This document shows, in pieces, positions 25,900 to 37,457 of a stretch of DNA of 64,000 nt (positions within the stretch are counted from its first letter, which is position 1; each line of letters starts with the position of its first letter). The stretch lies in assembly GCA_964500775.1 (NCBI GenBank), contig CAZCQG010000003.1, positions 13,324 to 77,323 of the forward strand, written 5' to 3'. A program made the position numbers and the translations under genes. The DNA is from an uncultured Campylobacterales bacterium (GTDB lineage: Bacteria; Campylobacterota; Campylobacteria; Campylobacterales; CAZCQG01). The notes below the pieces were generated by a model. That model did no database searches. It was not told the DNA's origin and saw only the letters and a program-made list of their open reading frames with translations.

Positions 25900-27576
25900 C
25901 TATTGCATTTGATCTTTAAGAATATCTCCAAGAGTCATCTTGTCATCGTCGTTAAACTGTTTGAGCGACTCTTTTTCTTTGATTTTCTCGAGTCTTCTAA
26001 TAGAAACTCTGATTTTGTTTGTTTTTGGATCCACCATAGAGACTACACCTTCAATATCATCCCCAACTTTTATCGTCTCTGGATTCATAGGGTGTAAGTC
26101 TTCTTTTCGGATAAGCGCATCAACTCCGTCTTCAAGGCTGATGAAAACACCGAAATCTTTTATATCGCGCACTTTTCCTTTGACGATGTCATCAATATTG
26201 TGTTTTTTCATAAAACCTTGCGCAGGGCTTTCTATCAACTCTTTTCTGCTGAGTGATACCCGCTCTTTATCTTTATCGATTTTTACGATGACCGCTTCGA
26301 CTTTATCGCCGACTTTGAAAACATCTTTGCATTTTTCGTTTTTATTCCAAAATGCATCTTCGTTGTGCAATAGACCGTCGATGCCGCCGATTCTGATAAA
26401 TGCACCGAAATCGGTCAATGTTGCGACTTCTCCCGTGATTTTTTCACCTTCTTTATGGGAAGAGAGGAATTTTTCAAAAGGTTTTGCCGTAAGTTTTTTT
26501 AGAGAAACTCGCAATCTTCTATTTTGTGAATCGATCTCGATAACCTCTACGTCTATCTCTTGATTTTGCTCTAGGTATTCAGACGGGTGTTTGATGTTTT
26601 TATTCCAAGAGATTTTGGAGATATGTAAAAATCCTTCAATATCGTTGCCGAGGTCTACGAATACGCCGTAAGGTTCGATATTGCTCACGGTTACTTTGAT
26701 GGCATCTCCTACGACAAGCTCATCTTTTATCTCGTTCCAAGGATCGTCGTGTGTTTGTTTGATAGATAGAGAAAGTCTCCTTTTCTCTTCATCGTATCCG
26801 ATGGGGATTACGACTACCTTATCACCTTCTTGATAGTGTTTAGCAGGGTTTACGGGACCTTTATAGCTTATCTCGGTGTAATGCACCAAGCCCTCTACAC
26901 CGTCTACGTCTACAAACATACCGAAGCTAGTGATTTTATTGACTACCCCTTCGGCAGGCACTTTTTTCTCTAGTAGCGTGTCGATTACTTCTTTTTTCTT
27001 TTTGAATTCATTTTCGAAGAATTTTTTCCTAGAGATGATGATCGAACCGTCTTCAGGCTTGACGTTGATGATCATTGCTTTTACGCTTTTTCCCATCACT
27101 TTAGCATCATCTTTAAAGCCTGACATATATTTAGGCATAAAGAAATCAACATTGTTACTCGTGACTATAAAGCCGCCTTTGTTTTTCTTGGTGACTTTTC
27201 CTTCGATGATTATATTTTCAAAATCATCCCCGAGACTTTTTATAAAATTCTCTGTTTTTTCTTGTTTGATAGCTTTCTGATACGATACCATCGGTCTTTC
27301 GTTTCTGTAGCCCATGATGAGTACGGGGATAGAATCGCCCTCTTTGAAGCAGATGACGCCGCTTTCATCTTGTAGTTCGGTGCAGTAAAGTCTACCCTCG
27401 ACCTTTTGCCCTACGTCAACGAGAGCAAATTCGTCGTTAATGGATATTAATACCCCCGTCGTAACAGTCTTATTTCCATCCTGATTCATTGAGTTGTCGA
27501 TAAGGGAGGCAAACTCCTCGTCGCTCATCTCGTCTTCCATTCCGTCAAAATCGCCGTTGCTATAATCTTTGTCCAT
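25900..27576 (-). CDS. rpsA: 30S ribosomal protein S1
   Basis: 558 aa with six S1/OB repeats (recurring GxV..I..FGAFV/GVFVDL..GL.H blocks). Confidence 0.95.
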   Translation of the reverse strand: MDKDYSNGDFDGMEDEMSDEEFASLIDNSMNQDGNKTVTTGVLISINDEFALVDVGQKVEGRLYCTELQDESGVICFKEGDSIPVLIMGYRNERPMVSYQKAIKQEKTENFIKSLGDDFENIIIEGKVTKKNKGGFIVTSNNVDFFMPKYMSGFKDDAKVMGKSVKAMIINVKPEDGSIIISRKKFFENEFKKKKEVIDTLLEKKVPAEGVVNKITSFGMFVDVDGVEGLVHYTEISYKGPVNPAKHYQEGDKVVVIPIGYDEEKRRLSLSIKQTHDDPWNEIKDELVVGDAIKVTVSNIEPYGVFVDLGNDIEGFLHISKISWNKNIKHPSEYLEQNQEIDVEVIEIDSQNRRLRVSLKKLTAKPFEKFLSSHKEGEKITGEVATLTDFGAFIRIGGIDGLLHNEDAFWNKNEKCKDVFKVGDKVEAVIVKIDKDKERVSLSRKELIESPAQGFMKKHNIDDIVKGKVRDIKDFGVFISLEDGVDALIRKEDLHPMNPETIKVGDDIEGVVSMVDPKTNKIRVSIRRLEKIKEKESLKQFNDDDKMTLGDILKDQMQ

Positions 27577-27618
27577 AGATTCCCTTTGTGATGTTTCCCT
27601 AAAATTTACTTATTCTAG

Positions 27619-28443
27619 TTAAAATTTGCTTATTTTATCAATAATGCCCTGAATAATCCACTCCGGAGTTGAAGCTCCGGCAGTAATTCCGCATAATTTT
27701 TTACCTGTAAACCATCCGTTTTGCACTTCATTTGCCTCTTCTACTAGATAACTTTCTTTGCAATTTTCCAGTGAAATTTTTAAAAGCTGCTTTGTATTCG
27801 AAGAGTTTTTTCCGCCGACGATTATCATAATATCGGCTTCCTGCGACAACTCTCTTGCAGATTCTTGATTATCGAATGTCGCATTGCAGATCGTGTTAAA
27901 AACCCTTACTTCCGAAACGTTGCGTATTAAAAATTCGGCAATTTTAATGAAGTTATCGACTTTTCTAGTGGTTTGGGAGACGAGGGCAACTTTGTTTCTA
28001 AGCTTTGAAAGATCAATATCTTCGACGGATAAAACGACCATCGGTTCAGATTCCGAATAGCTTTTTACCCCTTTGACTTCGGGGTGGTATTCATCACCGA
28101 AAATGACTATTTGGTATCCTTCGCTAGACATATTTTCTACGATTTTTTGCGGTTTCGTGACGAAAGGACAGGTGGCATCTATGAGATTCACCTCTTTTTT
28201 TTGTAGCTCTAAAAGGTCATTTTTTGTAATCCCGTGTGTCCTGATGATTACATTTTGCCCATTTTCTACCTCGGAAGTCTTTTCCACCACCCCTACGTTA
28301 TGATGATTTTTTAATCGATCTATCTCGGACTGGTTGTGTATTAAAGGTCCATATGTCACGCCGCCCCGAATGCTTTCAGCAATGTTTATCGCCCGTTTTA
28401 CTCCGAAGCAAAAACCGAAATTTTTCGCAAGCTTTATCTCCAA
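27619..28443 (-). CDS. ispH: 4-hydroxy-3-methylbut-2-enyl diphosphate reductase
   Basis: The conserved N-terminus (M)EIKLAKNFGFCFGVKRAI begins at an in-frame TTG at 28443, 2 nt after the aroA stop. The longer ORF running to 28515 would overlap aroA by 70 nt. Confidence 0.9.
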   Translation of the reverse strand: MEIKLAKNFGFCFGVKRAINIAESIRGGVTYGPLIHNQSEIDRLKNHHNVGVVEKTSEVENGQNVIIRTHGITKNDLLELQKKEVNLIDATCPFVTKPQKIVENMSSEGYQIVIFGDEYHPEVKGVKSYSESEPMVVLSVEDIDLSKLRNKVALVSQTTRKVDNFIKIAEFLIRNVSEVRVFNTICNATFDNQESARELSQEADIMIIVGGKNSSNTKQLLKISLENCKESYLVEEANEVQNGWFTGKKLCGITAGASTPEWIIQGIIDKISKF

Positions 28444-28445
28444 AA

Positions 28446-29735
28446 TTAATACTCTTGCACGCTTGTTATTTGTGAAAGAATCTCGAAAAATGCGGGAAAA
28501 GAGGTATTTATACACTCAATATCTTCAATCTCCATACCGCACTTTAAGCCCGCTATCGCAAAGCTCATAGCGATTCTGTGGTCACCGTAAGAATCTATCG
28601 TACTTTTTTGGAGTTCTCCGCCGAAAACCTCGAAACCGTCTTCAAATTCGTTTGTTTTGATGCCGCATTTATTGAGGTTCGTGACGGTGGTTTTGATCCT
28701 GTCGCTCTCCTTTACGCGGAGCTCCTCGGCATTTTTGACACTACTTTTTCCCGTGGCACATGCAAAAGCGATAGAGAGTGCAGGAATCTCGTCTATAAGC
28801 CAAGAGATATTTTCTTCGACGCTAACACCTCGCAACGCATCGCCGACGACCGTTACGTCCCCGATACTTTCAAATTTGTTTGAAGTCTCTTTGATCTCTA
28901 AAATCGCCCCCATTTTCTCTAAAATTTTAAACGCTTCGATTCTAGTTTTGTTAAGCAGCATATTTTTTATAGTGACTTTTGCCTCTTTGTGTATCGCCGC
29001 GGCAACCGCGAAGAAAAATGCGCTTGATGGGTCGCTAGGTACTTCGATTTCTAGTTGCGTGGTAAATTTTTCGGGATGGGGTTGAATATACACCGTCGTC
29101 CCTTCGGTACTGATATTTGCTCCGAGACCTTTGAGCATATTTTCCGTGTGGTCGCGGCTTAGTTCCGGCTCCGTATATACGCATTCACCCTCTGCGTTGA
29201 GTGCGGCGAGTATCATCGCGCTTTTTACTTGAGCGGAGGCGATTTTGCTTTCAAAACGGAAGCTTTGTAATTTTTTTCCGCGTATTACTAGCGGGGCAAG
29301 GTTGCCGTTGTCTCTACCGTCAATCTCCGCACCGATTTCTCTTAGGGGGTTTGCGACCCGTTTCATCGGTCGTTTGCGTAAATATTTGTCGCCGCTTAGG
29401 ATAAATAGTCCCTCTTGTGAGGCGAGCAGACCCGTATAGAGGCGAATGGCAGTCCCTGCATTGCCGCAATCAAGGACATCATCGGGCTCTTGAATTTTTT
29501 TCGGCGGCGTGATGCGGTAGAGTGCTCCCTCTTTTACTACCGTTGCACCGAGTTTTTGGGCGATTTGGAGCGAGTTGAGCGTATCTTCGGCTTCGAGAAA
29601 GTTTTTAATAATCGAAGGTTTTTCGCAAAGAAGCGAAAACATCGCGCATCGGTGCGAAATGGATTTGTCGGTAGAGACTTTGTCCGTGGTGATTGCAAAG
29701 GGGGTGTGAATCTGTCCGATACGTATTTTTTTCAT
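28446..29735 (-). CDS. aroA: 3-phosphoshikimate 1-carboxyvinyltransferase
   Basis: 429 aa, with EPSP synthase blocks [18 protein letters not shown] and [10 protein letters not shown]. Confidence 0.95.
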   Translation of the reverse strand: MKKIRIGQIHTPFAITTDKVSTDKSISHRCAMFSLLCEKPSIIKNFLEAEDTLNSLQIAQKLGATVVKEGALYRITPPKKIQEPDDVLDCGNAGTAIRLYTGLLASQEGLFILSGDKYLRKRPMKRVANPLREIGAEIDGRDNGNLAPLVIRGKKLQSFRFESKIASAQVKSAMILAALNAEGECVYTEPELSRDHTENMLKGLGANISTEGTTVYIQPHPEKFTTQLEIEVPSDPSSAFFFAVAAAIHKEAKVTIKNMLLNKTRIEAFKILEKMGAILEIKETSNKFESIGDVTVVGDALRGVSVEENISWLIDEIPALSIAFACATGKSSVKNAEELRVKESDRIKTTVTNLNKCGIKTNEFEDGFEVFGGELQKSTIDSYGDHRIAMSFAIAGLKCGMEIEDIECINTSFPAFFEILSQITSVQEY

Positions 29736-32062
29736 CGCAGTTCTACTTTTAGCTCTTCTTTCAATCCGCCTAAAATCGTCGTCATAATCGTGCTAATTTC
29801 CTCTTCGTTAAAGGTCTTTTCCATCGATTCTAGCTCAAACCTCAAAGTGAGACTGATTTTGCCTTGGGTATCGGGAATCTCGTATATATCTACGGGATAA
29901 AATTTCGTTATCGCACTCGGAGCGGTTTTGGCGATGACCTCTTTTATTTTTGCAAACGGCATCGATTTATCTATGACGATACTCAAATCCCTTTCTGATT
30001 TGGGGAATTTTGAATACTCTTGAGCGATCTTGGGTGTAAATGGAAGAGCGCCAAACTCTACCTCACAAATAAAAGTGTCGTCTAGTCCGTAAGATTGGGC
30101 TATTTCGGGATGGAGTTTTGCTATATAGCCACACTCTTCTCCCTCTACCATAACTTTTCCAAATTGATATGGATGGACGAGCTTATTGGGCAAATCGAGC
30201 GTCTCTTTGATCGAAAAATTACCGATAACGTTAGCAATCTTATTTGCAAAATCAAAGAAGGTCATATTTGTAGGTTTGCCCGCATTTTGCAGAGAATCTC
30301 TCTCTTTCGCACCGCTATGCAAAAACGCTATTTTGGTGGATTCTTCTCTTTTTTGACCATAAACGGAGCCTATCTCAAAAAGCGATAAGCTTTTTTTACC
30401 GTTATTTCTATTTCTTTGCGCCGATTCGATAAGGTGTAAAAGGAGAGTAGGGCGTAGCGTATTGAGTTCGGATGTGATGGGATTGGCGACATCAAGGTCG
30501 GAATCTAGGACGATAAATCCGAGTTCTTTGAGTTTTTCTTTGTGGTCAAACACGAAATGGATTGTTTCGTTAAAACCGTTGCTAGCGGAAGTTTTCCTGA
30601 AATGCGACCTTTTCTTGAACTCTTCGTATCCTTTTGTGAGCTTTCTCTCTTCTCTCATAATTGTGGGCGAAGATTGTATATTGTCGATTCCTATCACTCT
30701 CACTATCTCTTCGGTGATGTCTTGTTCGCTCACGACATCGTGTCGAAAATCAGGTATACCCACAACAAGCGAATCACCCGAGCTACTCACCTCTACGCCG
30801 AAGTTGAGCCTTTTTAATATCGTTACTATCTGCTGTTTTTGGATAGAGATTCCGATGGCGGCAGAGAGCGAATCTACACTAATATTTATAGAGTGATTAT
30901 GGGGCTTTTGGAGTATCTCGTGCGTGCCCGAATAGGGTTTGCAAAAACCGCTTTCCGCAAGTATCTTTGATAAAACGTCGATCCCGAATTTGAGGTTTGG
31001 GTTTGAGCCTCGGGAGCTTCTGAAAAATATCTCTTGTTTCTTTTTGCATTTTTTTTCAAAAACCGCTTGAGAAACTATTTGCGGCGGGATATATGATGCT
31101 TCGAAAAAGACCAAAGCCCCTTTCTTTTCGCTCTCTTCCGCAAATATGCCGGTCGTGGAGAGTTTTTTATTACCGTAAACGGTATCAAGACCTTCTTCTT
31201 TTTTGATTTCGAGTTTGCGCTTTCCGTCATCCCCTTTTAGCGTGTCTTCTTCGTAATAAGGGTGCAATATGACTCCGCTTACCAGCATCGAGTAGTTGGC
31301 GATATTTTTAGCGGTAGATTCGTCCAAAAGTCCGTTTTGTGCTAATCTCAAAAGGATTTTAAGTGAAAGTTCTCCGTGACCGACCTCTGCTGCTTTAAAC
31401 ATATACGAAGAATCAAGGTGTCCGTGGTGGGAGAGTTGAAGTATCCTGCCGATTCCTATGGAGGTTTCATTTTCGTTTGCAGGTTCGGGATTTTTGATCT
31501 TGATGTCAAAGTAGGCGCAAATATCTCTTGCTATACCGTAGATGTTGAGACAATCGCCTCTGTTTGGGGTGATGTCTATTTCAAATATATCGTCGTTGAA
31601 AAACGGGATGGCGGAGAGCTCTTGCCCGATTTTGAAGTTACCGATGGAGCTATCAAGTTTCATGATTCCGTCATTTATCTTTACTAATCCGATTTCGGTA
31701 GAGGAGCATATCATCCCGCTACTTTTTACCCCGCGCAGTTCACTCTCTTTTATCTCTAGCTCACCCAATTTGGTTCCGACGGTAGCTACGGGGACGAAGA
31801 TGTTTGCACATACGTTTTTGGCGCCGCAGACTATTTGGAGCGGCTCTTTTTCGCCCACATCGACGCTACATACGCTAAGTTTGTCGGAGTTGGCGTGTTT
31901 TTCACACGTCAGTACCTTGCCGACTTTGACCCCTTTTGGCGCACAATAGTGCTCTAGCGAATCGACTTCAAGTCCCAATGTATTTAATGCTTTGTATATT
32001 TGTTCGGTTTTTATATCGTTTATGTTTAAAAATTCGGATAAGAATCCTCTAGTGAATATCAT
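29732..32062 (-). CDS. pheT: phenylalanine--tRNA ligase beta subunit
   Basis: 776 aa with an N-terminal tRNA-binding OB, B3/4 and B5 regions and a C-terminal FDX-ACB-like domain. It overlaps both pheS and aroA by 4 nt. Confidence 0.95.
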   Translation of the reverse strand: MIFTRGFLSEFLNINDIKTEQIYKALNTLGLEVDSLEHYCAPKGVKVGKVLTCEKHANSDKLSVCSVDVGEKEPLQIVCGAKNVCANIFVPVATVGTKLGELEIKESELRGVKSSGMICSSTEIGLVKINDGIMKLDSSIGNFKIGQELSAIPFFNDDIFEIDITPNRGDCLNIYGIARDICAYFDIKIKNPEPANENETSIGIGRILQLSHHGHLDSSYMFKAAEVGHGELSLKILLRLAQNGLLDESTAKNIANYSMLVSGVILHPYYEEDTLKGDDGKRKLEIKKEEGLDTVYGNKKLSTTGIFAEESEKKGALVFFEASYIPPQIVSQAVFEKKCKKKQEIFFRSSRGSNPNLKFGIDVLSKILAESGFCKPYSGTHEILQKPHNHSINISVDSLSAAIGISIQKQQIVTILKRLNFGVEVSSSGDSLVVGIPDFRHDVVSEQDITEEIVRVIGIDNIQSSPTIMREERKLTKGYEEFKKRSHFRKTSASNGFNETIHFVFDHKEKLKELGFIVLDSDLDVANPITSELNTLRPTLLLHLIESAQRNRNNGKKSLSLFEIGSVYGQKREESTKIAFLHSGAKERDSLQNAGKPTNMTFFDFANKIANVIGNFSIKETLDLPNKLVHPYQFGKVMVEGEECGYIAKLHPEIAQSYGLDDTFICEVEFGALPFTPKIAQEYSKFPKSERDLSIVIDKSMPFAKIKEVIAKTAPSAITKFYPVDIYEIPDTQGKISLTLRFELESMEKTFNEEEISTIMTTILGGLKEELKVELR

Positions 32063-33054
32063 ATAAATTGCTCCAACATTCTAAGATCGCCTTCAAAAAA
32101 TGAGCGTAGGTCGTTCACGCCGTGGATAAGCATGGCAAATCGCTCTACACCGAGACCGAATGCGTATCCGCTGACGTTTTTATATCCTACCGCTTCAAAT
32201 ACGGCATTGTCCACGCTACCGCATCCAAGTACTTCTAGCCAACCGGTATGGGAGCACACCCTGCACCCTTTCCCTTTGCAGAAGATACAGGAGATGTCTA
32301 CCTCTGCGCTCGGTTCCGTAAAAGGGAAGAATGAAGAGCGGAATCGCACCTCTACCTCGCCGAACATATATTTAAGGAAGTCCTCTAAAATATACTTGAG
32401 ATTCGCAAACGAAATCTTGCCCGATTCATCCACGACAAGCCCTTCTATCTGGTGAAACATCGGCGTATGGGTGAGATCATAATCTCTTCTAAAAACCGCC
32501 CCCGGACTTATCATCCGAATAGGAGGGGTGACGTTTTGCATCGTTCGAATCTGCACGGGTGACGTGTGTGTCCGTAGTAGCATAGAATCATTGGTGTAGA
32601 ACGTATCCTGCATATCTCTAGCGGGGTGGTATTTCGGGATATTGAGCGCCTCGAAGTTGTGGAAATCATCCTCCACCAAAGGACCTGTCTCGATGGAGAA
32701 ATTCATAGAGACGAAATACTCTATCATTTTTTCCATAATGGAGTTGACCGGATGGAGCGCCCCTTTGTTTATCGATGGTTCAAAAAGGGTGACGTCGATT
32801 TTTTCGTTTTGGAGTTTTATAAAGAGTTCTTTGGCTTTTAGCTCTTCGTTCATAGCATCTAAAAGCTCGGTTGTTTTTGTTTTGGCTATGTTGAGCGACT
32901 TTGCTTTTTCCTGTTTTTCTTGTCCGTCTAGATTCTTAAGATCGGCAAACTCCTTAGTGAGTATCCCTTTTTTGCCGAGGATTTTAATCCTCAACTCTTC
33001 GAGTTCCTGCGTGGACTTTGCGGAACTTATCTCTTGTAATAATTGATCTAACAC
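32059..33054 (-). CDS. pheS: phenylalanine--tRNA ligase alpha subunit
   Basis: 331 aa with class II aaRS motifs ([27 protein letters not shown]). Confidence 0.95.
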   Translation of the reverse strand: MLDQLLQEISSAKSTQELEELRIKILGKKGILTKEFADLKNLDGQEKQEKAKSLNIAKTKTTELLDAMNEELKAKELFIKLQNEKIDVTLFEPSINKGALHPVNSIMEKMIEYFVSMNFSIETGPLVEDDFHNFEALNIPKYHPARDMQDTFYTNDSMLLRTHTSPVQIRTMQNVTPPIRMISPGAVFRRDYDLTHTPMFHQIEGLVVDESGKISFANLKYILEDFLKYMFGEVEVRFRSSFFPFTEPSAEVDISCIFCKGKGCRVCSHTGWLEVLGCGSVDNAVFEAVGYKNVSGYAFGLGVERFAMLIHGVNDLRSFFEGDLRMLEQFI

Positions 33055-33173
33055 GCATACCTCATCGTTTTATTTCTGGTGATTTTTTGGTGTGATTATA
33101 GGGAAATATTGTTTATAGTCAGATAATATCGGGTATACTTAAAGATTATGAAAATTACCGAAACTAAGGGGCA

Positions 33174-33539
33174 ATGATGACGATATTCGAAAAGATTGTC
33201 GCAGGAGAGATTCCTTGCAATAAAGTATACGAAAACGAAAACTTTTTGGCGTTTCACGATATTAATCCCAAAGCGCCGATTCACGTCTTGGCGATACCGA
33301 AGAAATGTTATGCCGATTTTCAAGTGGCGGATGTGAATATCATGGCGGGAATGACCGCTTTTATTCAAGAGGTCGCGGCAAAATTGGGGCTAGATGAGAG
33401 CGGGTATAGGCTTATCACCAATATCGGCAGCGACGGCGGACAGGAAGTGCCGCATCTCCATTTTCATATCCTCGGCGGCACAAGACTCAAATGGACCGAT
33501 TTGCGAGAGCATGAAGGGGATGCGAGAAAAAGCATATAA
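33174..33539 (+). CDS. HIT-family (HinT-like) nucleotide hydrolase
   Basis: 121 aa with the histidine triad HLHFHILGG. Confidence 0.9.
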   Translation: MMTIFEKIVAGEIPCNKVYENENFLAFHDINPKAPIHVLAIPKKCYADFQVADVNIMAGMTAFIQEVAAKLGLDESGYRLITNIGSDGGQEVPHLHFHILGGTRLKWTDLREHEGDARKSI

Positions 33540-33553
33540 AGGGCACCTCTAAA

Positions 33554-35686
33554 TTAGTTTTTTAATCTCGCTATTATCGTATTGAGGATCGGAAGGTTTT
33601 TATACCCTTCCTTATCCCCTTTGATTTTTATCTCTTTATAATACCCCTCAAGTTTATTTTCAAATGCCACCCTCTGAAGCTCGTCTATCTTGCCGTATCG
33701 TTGGATAAAATATTCAAAACTTTTATTCCAATCGATGTCGTCTTTTTCGTGAGAGTTTGCATTTATCTCAAATTCTTTTAAATACGATATTTTCATAATC
33801 GAGCAAACTTTTTCTTTCCAATATTCACATTCGGCTATTTCTCCGAGTCTATCGATGGCTATAAAGCTCCGTCCTTCTAAAGCGCTTTCGTATGCGTAGT
33901 TTATTATATCTTTGACCTTGTGGTTGAAGTCTATAAACTCGTTGAGAGATTTGAGCTGCGGCGATTCGCTGATAAGGGCATAAGCTCTTTTGATCTCGTT
34001 ATTTTGTGCAGTTTCGATAAATTGGAGTTTTTTCTCGATGAGTTTCACTCTTGCTTTGGCGAGATTTTTATACGGCGCGAACGTGCTTAGCAGATTGGCA
34101 TATTCGGTGGCTTTTTGGAAATTTTGCGAGTTTTCGAGTTTGTTGATATTATCCATCACTTGTTCGGCAAAATTCAACATTTTTTTGTAGAGATCGGTGT
34201 CTTTTAAAAACGTAAATTTTTCACAGAGGGTAAAGTATTGAGCATAACTCCTCTCTTTGACGAGTTTATCGGCAATAGCGTATTTGTCGGAGTTGTTGAT
34301 GAGGTTTAAAACAACGTCTTTTTTTGATTTTACGTTTGCAAACGGTTCAAGAATCCTACGAGCAGGTTCTTTGTTATTGTTTGGATCTTGGTAAAGTAGC
34401 TTTTTTGCATTCACGAACGCTAAATTCCAACTGTTTTCGAGCGACTCGAATTCAGTAGTTTCTTTGATCTCTGGATATTTATTGGCAAGCTCGTATGCCA
34501 ATTGGACATTTTTCCCTTGAATAGCATCCAAAAATTCGGCGATAGTCTGTTTTTGGGAGATATAAAAATCGAATTCTTGCTTTTTTTCTGCGTCGTCTAT
34601 AAAGAGTGATACGGTTTGCAGTGCTTCTTGTATTTGATTTTTTGCGAGTAAATCTATAGCCACTTTCATCGTGGATTTCCAGTTTTCCTCAAGGAAATTG
34701 GAAAATTCGGGATACGTTTTTAAAAAAATATTCTTTTCGCACAAAGCAATAAGTTTTTTTATCTCTTTTACGGCGATCGCTGCAAGAAGCTCTTCTTTGT
34801 TTTCGGCGATATTTACGACCGATATTGTTCCGTCTATAAACCCGATAAGCAGTGCATCGTTGATTTGCGTCACTTTGGTCATCCCGATATTCTCAAAAGT
34901 GAGCGTTTTTAATAAAGAGTTTGAAGTCGTGTCCATAAGATAAAGGAGATTGCTTCGAGTCGCTATCGCACAGTATTTTCCGCCATTGAGAAGCGTGAGC
35001 GAGGTTGGCCAATCGTTGATACTTTTAGATTCGGCGATTTTCTTTTTTTCATCTATGGAGTATATGCCCGTGGTGCCGTCTTTGCAGGCATAAAATACCG
35101 TGCTTTGCGGTGTAAAAGTTACTGCCTCGGCGATGTCGGGAGTCTCAAACTCGCCGAGGGTTTTACTTGATTCGAGGTCATATATTTGGCATTTCTTGTC
35201 AAATCCGGATATTGCCAAAAGTTCACCCTCTTTTTCGAAGGCAAAGTCGGAAATATAATCGGGTCTAGGGTCCAAAATGGCGTAGGGTTCATAATCGGGA
35301 GCTTTGAATACAAAAGTCTTTCCGTCTTCGCCGCCGCTCAATATGTACTCGTCGCCGTTTGCAAACATTGTGGTATAGATACCGGCTTTGTGCCAAAAAA
35401 GTGATTTAAAATTTTTTAGTCCGTCGCGCGTGTCAATAAGAAACGATTTTGATGAGTTATTGAGTACTAAACAGATGATTCCGTTCGAAGAAGTTGAGAT
35501 GGATTTGCTGTATTTATGTAGCGGTGCTGCCTTTTTGGTTATATTTACACTTTTAAGAAAGTTTAACTTTTGAATATTTAGTAAATAATAGTTGTACAAA
35601 TTATCACAAATAGAAACATTATCTCCACTTTGTTTTATACTTATGACACTTCCGTTTACTTTTACAGTATCCTGCTTTGGTACCAA
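33554..35686 (-). CDS. cytoplasmic beta-propeller (WD40-like) plus alpha-helical repeat protein, function unknown
   Basis: 710 aa. Roughly the first 300 aa show repeated strand-turn blocks (ILSGGEDGKTFVF, LLAISGFDKKCQIYDL, FYACKDGTTGIYS, LLIGFIDGTISVVN). The remaining ~400 aa are helix-rich and repeat-like. There is no signal peptide. The TTG start has AGGGG upstream. Confidence 0.6.
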   Translation of the reverse strand: MVPKQDTVKVNGSVISIKQSGDNVSICDNLYNYYLLNIQKLNFLKSVNITKKAAPLHKYSKSISTSSNGIICLVLNNSSKSFLIDTRDGLKNFKSLFWHKAGIYTTMFANGDEYILSGGEDGKTFVFKAPDYEPYAILDPRPDYISDFAFEKEGELLAISGFDKKCQIYDLESSKTLGEFETPDIAEAVTFTPQSTVFYACKDGTTGIYSIDEKKKIAESKSINDWPTSLTLLNGGKYCAIATRSNLLYLMDTTSNSLLKTLTFENIGMTKVTQINDALLIGFIDGTISVVNIAENKEELLAAIAVKEIKKLIALCEKNIFLKTYPEFSNFLEENWKSTMKVAIDLLAKNQIQEALQTVSLFIDDAEKKQEFDFYISQKQTIAEFLDAIQGKNVQLAYELANKYPEIKETTEFESLENSWNLAFVNAKKLLYQDPNNNKEPARRILEPFANVKSKKDVVLNLINNSDKYAIADKLVKERSYAQYFTLCEKFTFLKDTDLYKKMLNFAEQVMDNINKLENSQNFQKATEYANLLSTFAPYKNLAKARVKLIEKKLQFIETAQNNEIKRAYALISESPQLKSLNEFIDFNHKVKDIINYAYESALEGRSFIAIDRLGEIAECEYWKEKVCSIMKISYLKEFEINANSHEKDDIDWNKSFEYFIQRYGKIDELQRVAFENKLEGYYKEIKIKGDKEGYKNLPILNTIIARLKN

Positions 35687-35805
35687 GAAAACCCCTAATA
35701 TTCGAAAAGTAAAACATTATTACAAAACAGAGCTTTTGTCAAGATTATTCTACTTGTAAAAAAAATGTAAACATCTTTTAAAAACGGCTTTCTAAGAACA
35801 GATAA

Positions 35806-35813
35806 TGTAAAAT
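35806..35813 (+). promoter_or_regulatory. candidate -10 box TGTAAAAT upstream of the LOG-family gene
   Basis: It lies 42 nt upstream of the ATG at 35848, the same spacing as the TGTAG boxes upstream of other plus-strand genes. Confidence 0.3.
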
Positions 35814-35847
35814 CTCTGCCTAAATCAAAAAAATTTTCGGAGATGAT

Positions 35848-36390
35848 ATGGCATGCAAAACTCAAGGTAAATTCGCTACTACTTTTGGATCCTCAACGAT
35901 AAAAGAGGGGGAGAAAGAGTATGAAGAGGGGATGAGGCTTGGGGCGTTTTTGTCGGAAAACGGCTTTAGCGTAAAGTGCGGCGGGTACGGCGGATTGATG
36001 GAGGCCGTTTCGAAAGGCGTACATAAAAACGGAGGAAATTGTATAGGTGTTTGCGTAGAGTATTTTGAAGATAAGCGCCCGCAAAACCCTTATATTAGTC
36101 AAAAGATCATTGCCAAAGATTTGATCGAGCGTTTGAGAATTCTCATCGAAGATAGTGAGCTTTTTATTATACAAAAAGGGTCTATCGGGACGCTCAATGA
36201 ACTTTTTTTGGTTTGGTGTTTGGAATATACGAAAATGCTAGAATCCGCTAGAATCGTTCTTATCGGAAAAGAATATGAATTCCTGAAACATACGGGACTT
36301 ATTCCAAGTGCAGAAGTGGATAGGTTATATTTTTTCGAAGATGCCGAATCTTTTATCGCTAACTTTACTACTTTGGAATCGGCTCGTTAG
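35848..36390 (+). CDS. LOG / TIGR00730-like Rossmann-fold protein (often mis-annotated as lysine decarboxylase)
   Basis: 180 aa. CGGYGGLMEAVSKG corresponds to the GGGxGxMG block. QKGSIGTLNELF corresponds to PGGxGTxEE, with substitutions. Confidence 0.6.
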   Translation: MACKTQGKFATTFGSSTIKEGEKEYEEGMRLGAFLSENGFSVKCGGYGGLMEAVSKGVHKNGGNCIGVCVEYFEDKRPQNPYISQKIIAKDLIERLRILIEDSELFIIQKGSIGTLNELFLVWCLEYTKMLESARIVLIGKEYEFLKHTGLIPSAEVDRLYFFEDAESFIANFTTLESAR

Positions 36391-37455
36391 ATGTCGGCGC
36401 GAAGAGAGACGAAGGTAATTAGCGTCGGGGGAATCAAGATAGGCGGAGATAACCCCGTTTCGGTGCAATCGATGACTTTTTCCAAAACCGCGGACGTGAA
36501 AAGTACGGTGGAGCAAATCAATCGCCTCCATTTTGCGGGGTGTGACATCGTGCGTGTGGCGGTGAGTGATGAAGAAGATGCACTCGCGCTCAAAGAGATC
36601 AAAAAACAAATATCGCTTCCGCTCGTGGCAGATATTCATTTTCGATACAAATTAGCGCTCATTGCTGCCGAAACCGTCGATTGCATCAGGATAAATCCGG
36701 GCAATATCGGGGACAAAGGGAGAGTCAAAGCCGTCGTGGATGCGTGCAAACAAAGAAATATCCCGATTCGCATAGGGGTAAACGGCGGTAGTTTGGAAGA
36801 GCAGTTTGAACAAAAATACGGTGCTACGTCAAAAGCGATGATAGAATCGGCATTGTACAATATCAAATTACTCGAAGATTTCGATTTTACCGATATAAAA
36901 ATCTCAATGAAGGCAAGCGACGTGCAACGAACTATCGAAGCATACCTCGGTTTGGCTCCGCTTGTGAGATACCCATTTCACATCGGAGTGACGGAGGCAG
37001 GGACGCTTTTTAGCTCTACGGTCAAAAGCTCCATCGGGCTTGGGTATCTCTTGCTAGAAGGGATCGGTGATACGATTCGCGTCTCTATCACCGGAGAATT
37101 GGAAAAAGAGATAGAGGTGGCTCGGGCGATACTCAAACACTCCGGTCGCGCGAAGGGGGGGATTAATATCATCTCTTGTCCTACGTGCGGAAGACTCGAA
37201 TCAGACCTCGTGAGTGCCGTAAAGGTAGTCGAAGAGCGTTTGAAAGATGTCAAGCAACCCCTCAATATATCGGTAATGGGGTGTGCGGTAAACGCTATCG
37301 GCGAAGCAAAGCACGCCGATGTAGCAATCGCATTTGGAAAAAACGGTGGACTGGTGATAAAAAAAGGTGAAATTTTAGGAAAATTCAAAGGGGATACCCT
37401 TTTGGAGCGCTTTATAGAAGAGGTTTATAAAGCTGCTTTGGAATACAAGGAATAA
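36391..37455 (+). CDS. ispG: 4-hydroxy-3-methylbut-2-en-1-yl diphosphate synthase
   Basis: 354 aa, with typical GcpE blocks ([27 protein letters not shown]). The ATG directly follows the upstream TAG. Confidence 0.95.
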   Translation: MSARRETKVISVGGIKIGGDNPVSVQSMTFSKTADVKSTVEQINRLHFAGCDIVRVAVSDEEDALALKEIKKQISLPLVADIHFRYKLALIAAETVDCIRINPGNIGDKGRVKAVVDACKQRNIPIRIGVNGGSLEEQFEQKYGATSKAMIESALYNIKLLEDFDFTDIKISMKASDVQRTIEAYLGLAPLVRYPFHIGVTEAGTLFSSTVKSSIGLGYLLLEGIGDTIRVSITGELEKEIEVARAILKHSGRAKGGINIISCPTCGRLESDLVSAVKVVEERLKDVKQPLNISVMGCAVNAIGEAKHADVAIAFGKNGGLVIKKGEILGKFKGDTLLERFIEEVYKAALEYKE

Positions 37456-37457
37456 CG

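Noticed and set aside
28444-28515. N-terminal extensions offered by the ORF track for ispH (to 28515), the YgjP-like gene (to 45376), the csd6-like gene (from 49295) and the PaaI thioesterase (to 42004).
   Set aside because: In each case an internal start gives the family-typical N-terminus or a signal peptide, has a Shine-Dalgarno sequence, and removes a long overlap with the neighbouring gene. The longer versions are therefore unlikely.
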